Part shown: positions 31,394 to 32,000 of the stretch, in pieces | Numbering within the stretch: position 1 is the first letter of the stretch | Layout: the number at the start of each line of letters is the position of its first letter | Source: Candidatus Iainarchaeum sp. | GTDB taxonomy: Archaea; Iainarchaeota; Iainarchaeia; Iainarchaeales; CSSED10-239 | Assembly (NCBI GenBank): GCA_028700115.1 | Contig: JAQVTI010000005.1 | Coordinates: 22,166-54,165 of the forward strand | Length of the DNA stretch: 32,000 nt | Direction: 5' to 3' | Notes under the pieces: model-generated | What the model was told of the DNA's origin: nothing | Seen by the model: the letters and a program-made list of their open reading frames with translations, nothing else | The model's database searches: none | Program-made: the position numbers and the translations under genes

Positions 31394-32000
31394 TTATTTT
31401 TTATTAGTTATAACTTTCTTTAAATTATAACTAGCTCCATAAGATTCATTAAAATTTTCAATTAAAATCTTATTTCTACTTCCAGAAAGTCTAAATACTT
31501 TTGGAGTACCTTGATTATCTTTTCCTAAATAAATTACAAAATAACCTAAATTATTAGCACTATTTGGAGAAGTATATCCTATAATTTGACCAGGTTCTAC
31601 TTGATCAATACTTGTCCAATCAGAACAATTATTTTTACCACAAATATCTGAATTACTTGCTGTTGCATAATTATATTTTGTATTTCCAGCAAGTTTATTT
31701 GCATATCTTGCAACATTTGTAAATAAAGTTTTAGCAGGAGCTGAAGGCCCTGTATAATCATTATTATTATAATTATCTAAACCAATTAAATAAGTTGAAT
31801 CAATTACAGTTGGTTCTTCAACAACATCGTCACCAGTTGTATCATCACCAGTTGTATCATCACCAGTAGTATTATCACCAGTAGTATTATCACCAGTAGT
31901 ATTATCACCAGTAGTATTATCACCAGTAGTATTATCACCAGTAGTATTATCACCAGTAGTATTATCACCAGTAGTATTATCACCAGTAGTATTATCACCA
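31394..32000 (-). CDS. Partial gene (5' end beyond the window): protein with (GDNTT)n repeats and a ~135-aa C-terminal globular domain of unknown function
   Basis: I hand-translated the minus-strand frame whose codons begin at 31999. It gives (GDNTT)x9, (GDDTT)x2, then [146 protein letters not shown]. The stop is TAA at 31394-31396. The frame contains no Met, GTG or TTG, which explains its absence from the ORF track. Confidence 0.8.
   Translation of the reverse strand, partial: GDNTTGDNTTGDNTTGDNTTGDNTTGDNTTGDNTTGDNTTGDNTTGDDTTGDDTTGDDVVEEPTVIDSTYLIGLDNYNNNDYTGPSAPAKTLFTNVARYANKLAGNTKYNYATASNSDICGKNNCSDWTSIDQVEPGQIIGYTSPNSANNLGYFVIYLGKDNQGTPKVFRLSGSRNKILIENFNESYGASYNLKKVITNKK
31831..32000 (-). 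repeat. 15-bp in-frame tandem repeat: 2 x caccagttgtatcat, then 9 perfect x caccagtagtattat, plus a partial unit at the window edge
   Basis: Direct reading shows units at 31831-31845 and 31846-31860 (variant form). Nine identical units follow at 31861-31995, and cacca continues to 32000. The unit encodes G-D-N-T-T (variant G-D-D-T-T) on the minus strand. Confidence 0.95.

Noticed and set aside
31804-31998. 64-aa minus-strand [14 protein letters not shown]... from the ORF track
   Set aside because: It is a wrong frame of the 15-bp tandem repeat, starting at a GTG. The frame offset by one nucleotide (GDNTT) continues as a stop-free reading frame to a TAA at 31394-31396, so that frame is the coding one.
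31831-32000. The tandem repeat as a possible CRISPR array or other non-coding satellite
   Set aside because: The units are 15 bp and directly abutting, with no spacers. They sit in-frame within an open reading frame. No cas genes are nearby.

Overview
This is an extremely AT-rich window (about 25% G+C by eye). Every gene I can support lies on the minus strand. The left 4.3 kb holds three housekeeping genes. The first is an archaeal-type alanyl-tRNA synthetase that runs off the left edge and is interrupted by one in-frame TGA at 1888-1890. The others are histidyl-tRNA synthetase and a bacterial-type HU DNA-binding protein. The next 27 kb (4401-31350, about 84% of the window) is a co-directional block of eight genes encoding 8,855 aa. 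It contains four giant predicted surface proteins (1025, 2447, 2155 and 1836 aa), a Gly-rich repeat protein (828 aa), a small very Cys-rich secreted protein (325 aa) and two tiny, translationally coupled polytopic membrane proteins. Three of the giants share a colinear C-terminal module of about 500-700 aa that I do not recognise. The 2447-aa and 2155-aa proteins are full-length paralogues, each with an N-terminal membrane anchor followed by an array of Ig-like (CarboxypepD_reg/PEGA-like) beta-sandwich domains. The 1836-aa protein carries a gingipain-like (peptidase C25, clan CD) domain with an apparently intact His/Cys dyad. The right edge holds a partial gene whose product contains perfect (G-D-N-T-T)n repeats encoded by a 15-bp tandem repeat. 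I saw no rRNA, tRNA, CRISPR array, transposase, integrase or reverse transcriptase. The content resembles a small-genome, DPANN-like archaeon (inference only) that invests heavily in an uncharacterised cell-surface or host-contact apparatus. All homology statements rest on motif recognition by eye; no database search was run.
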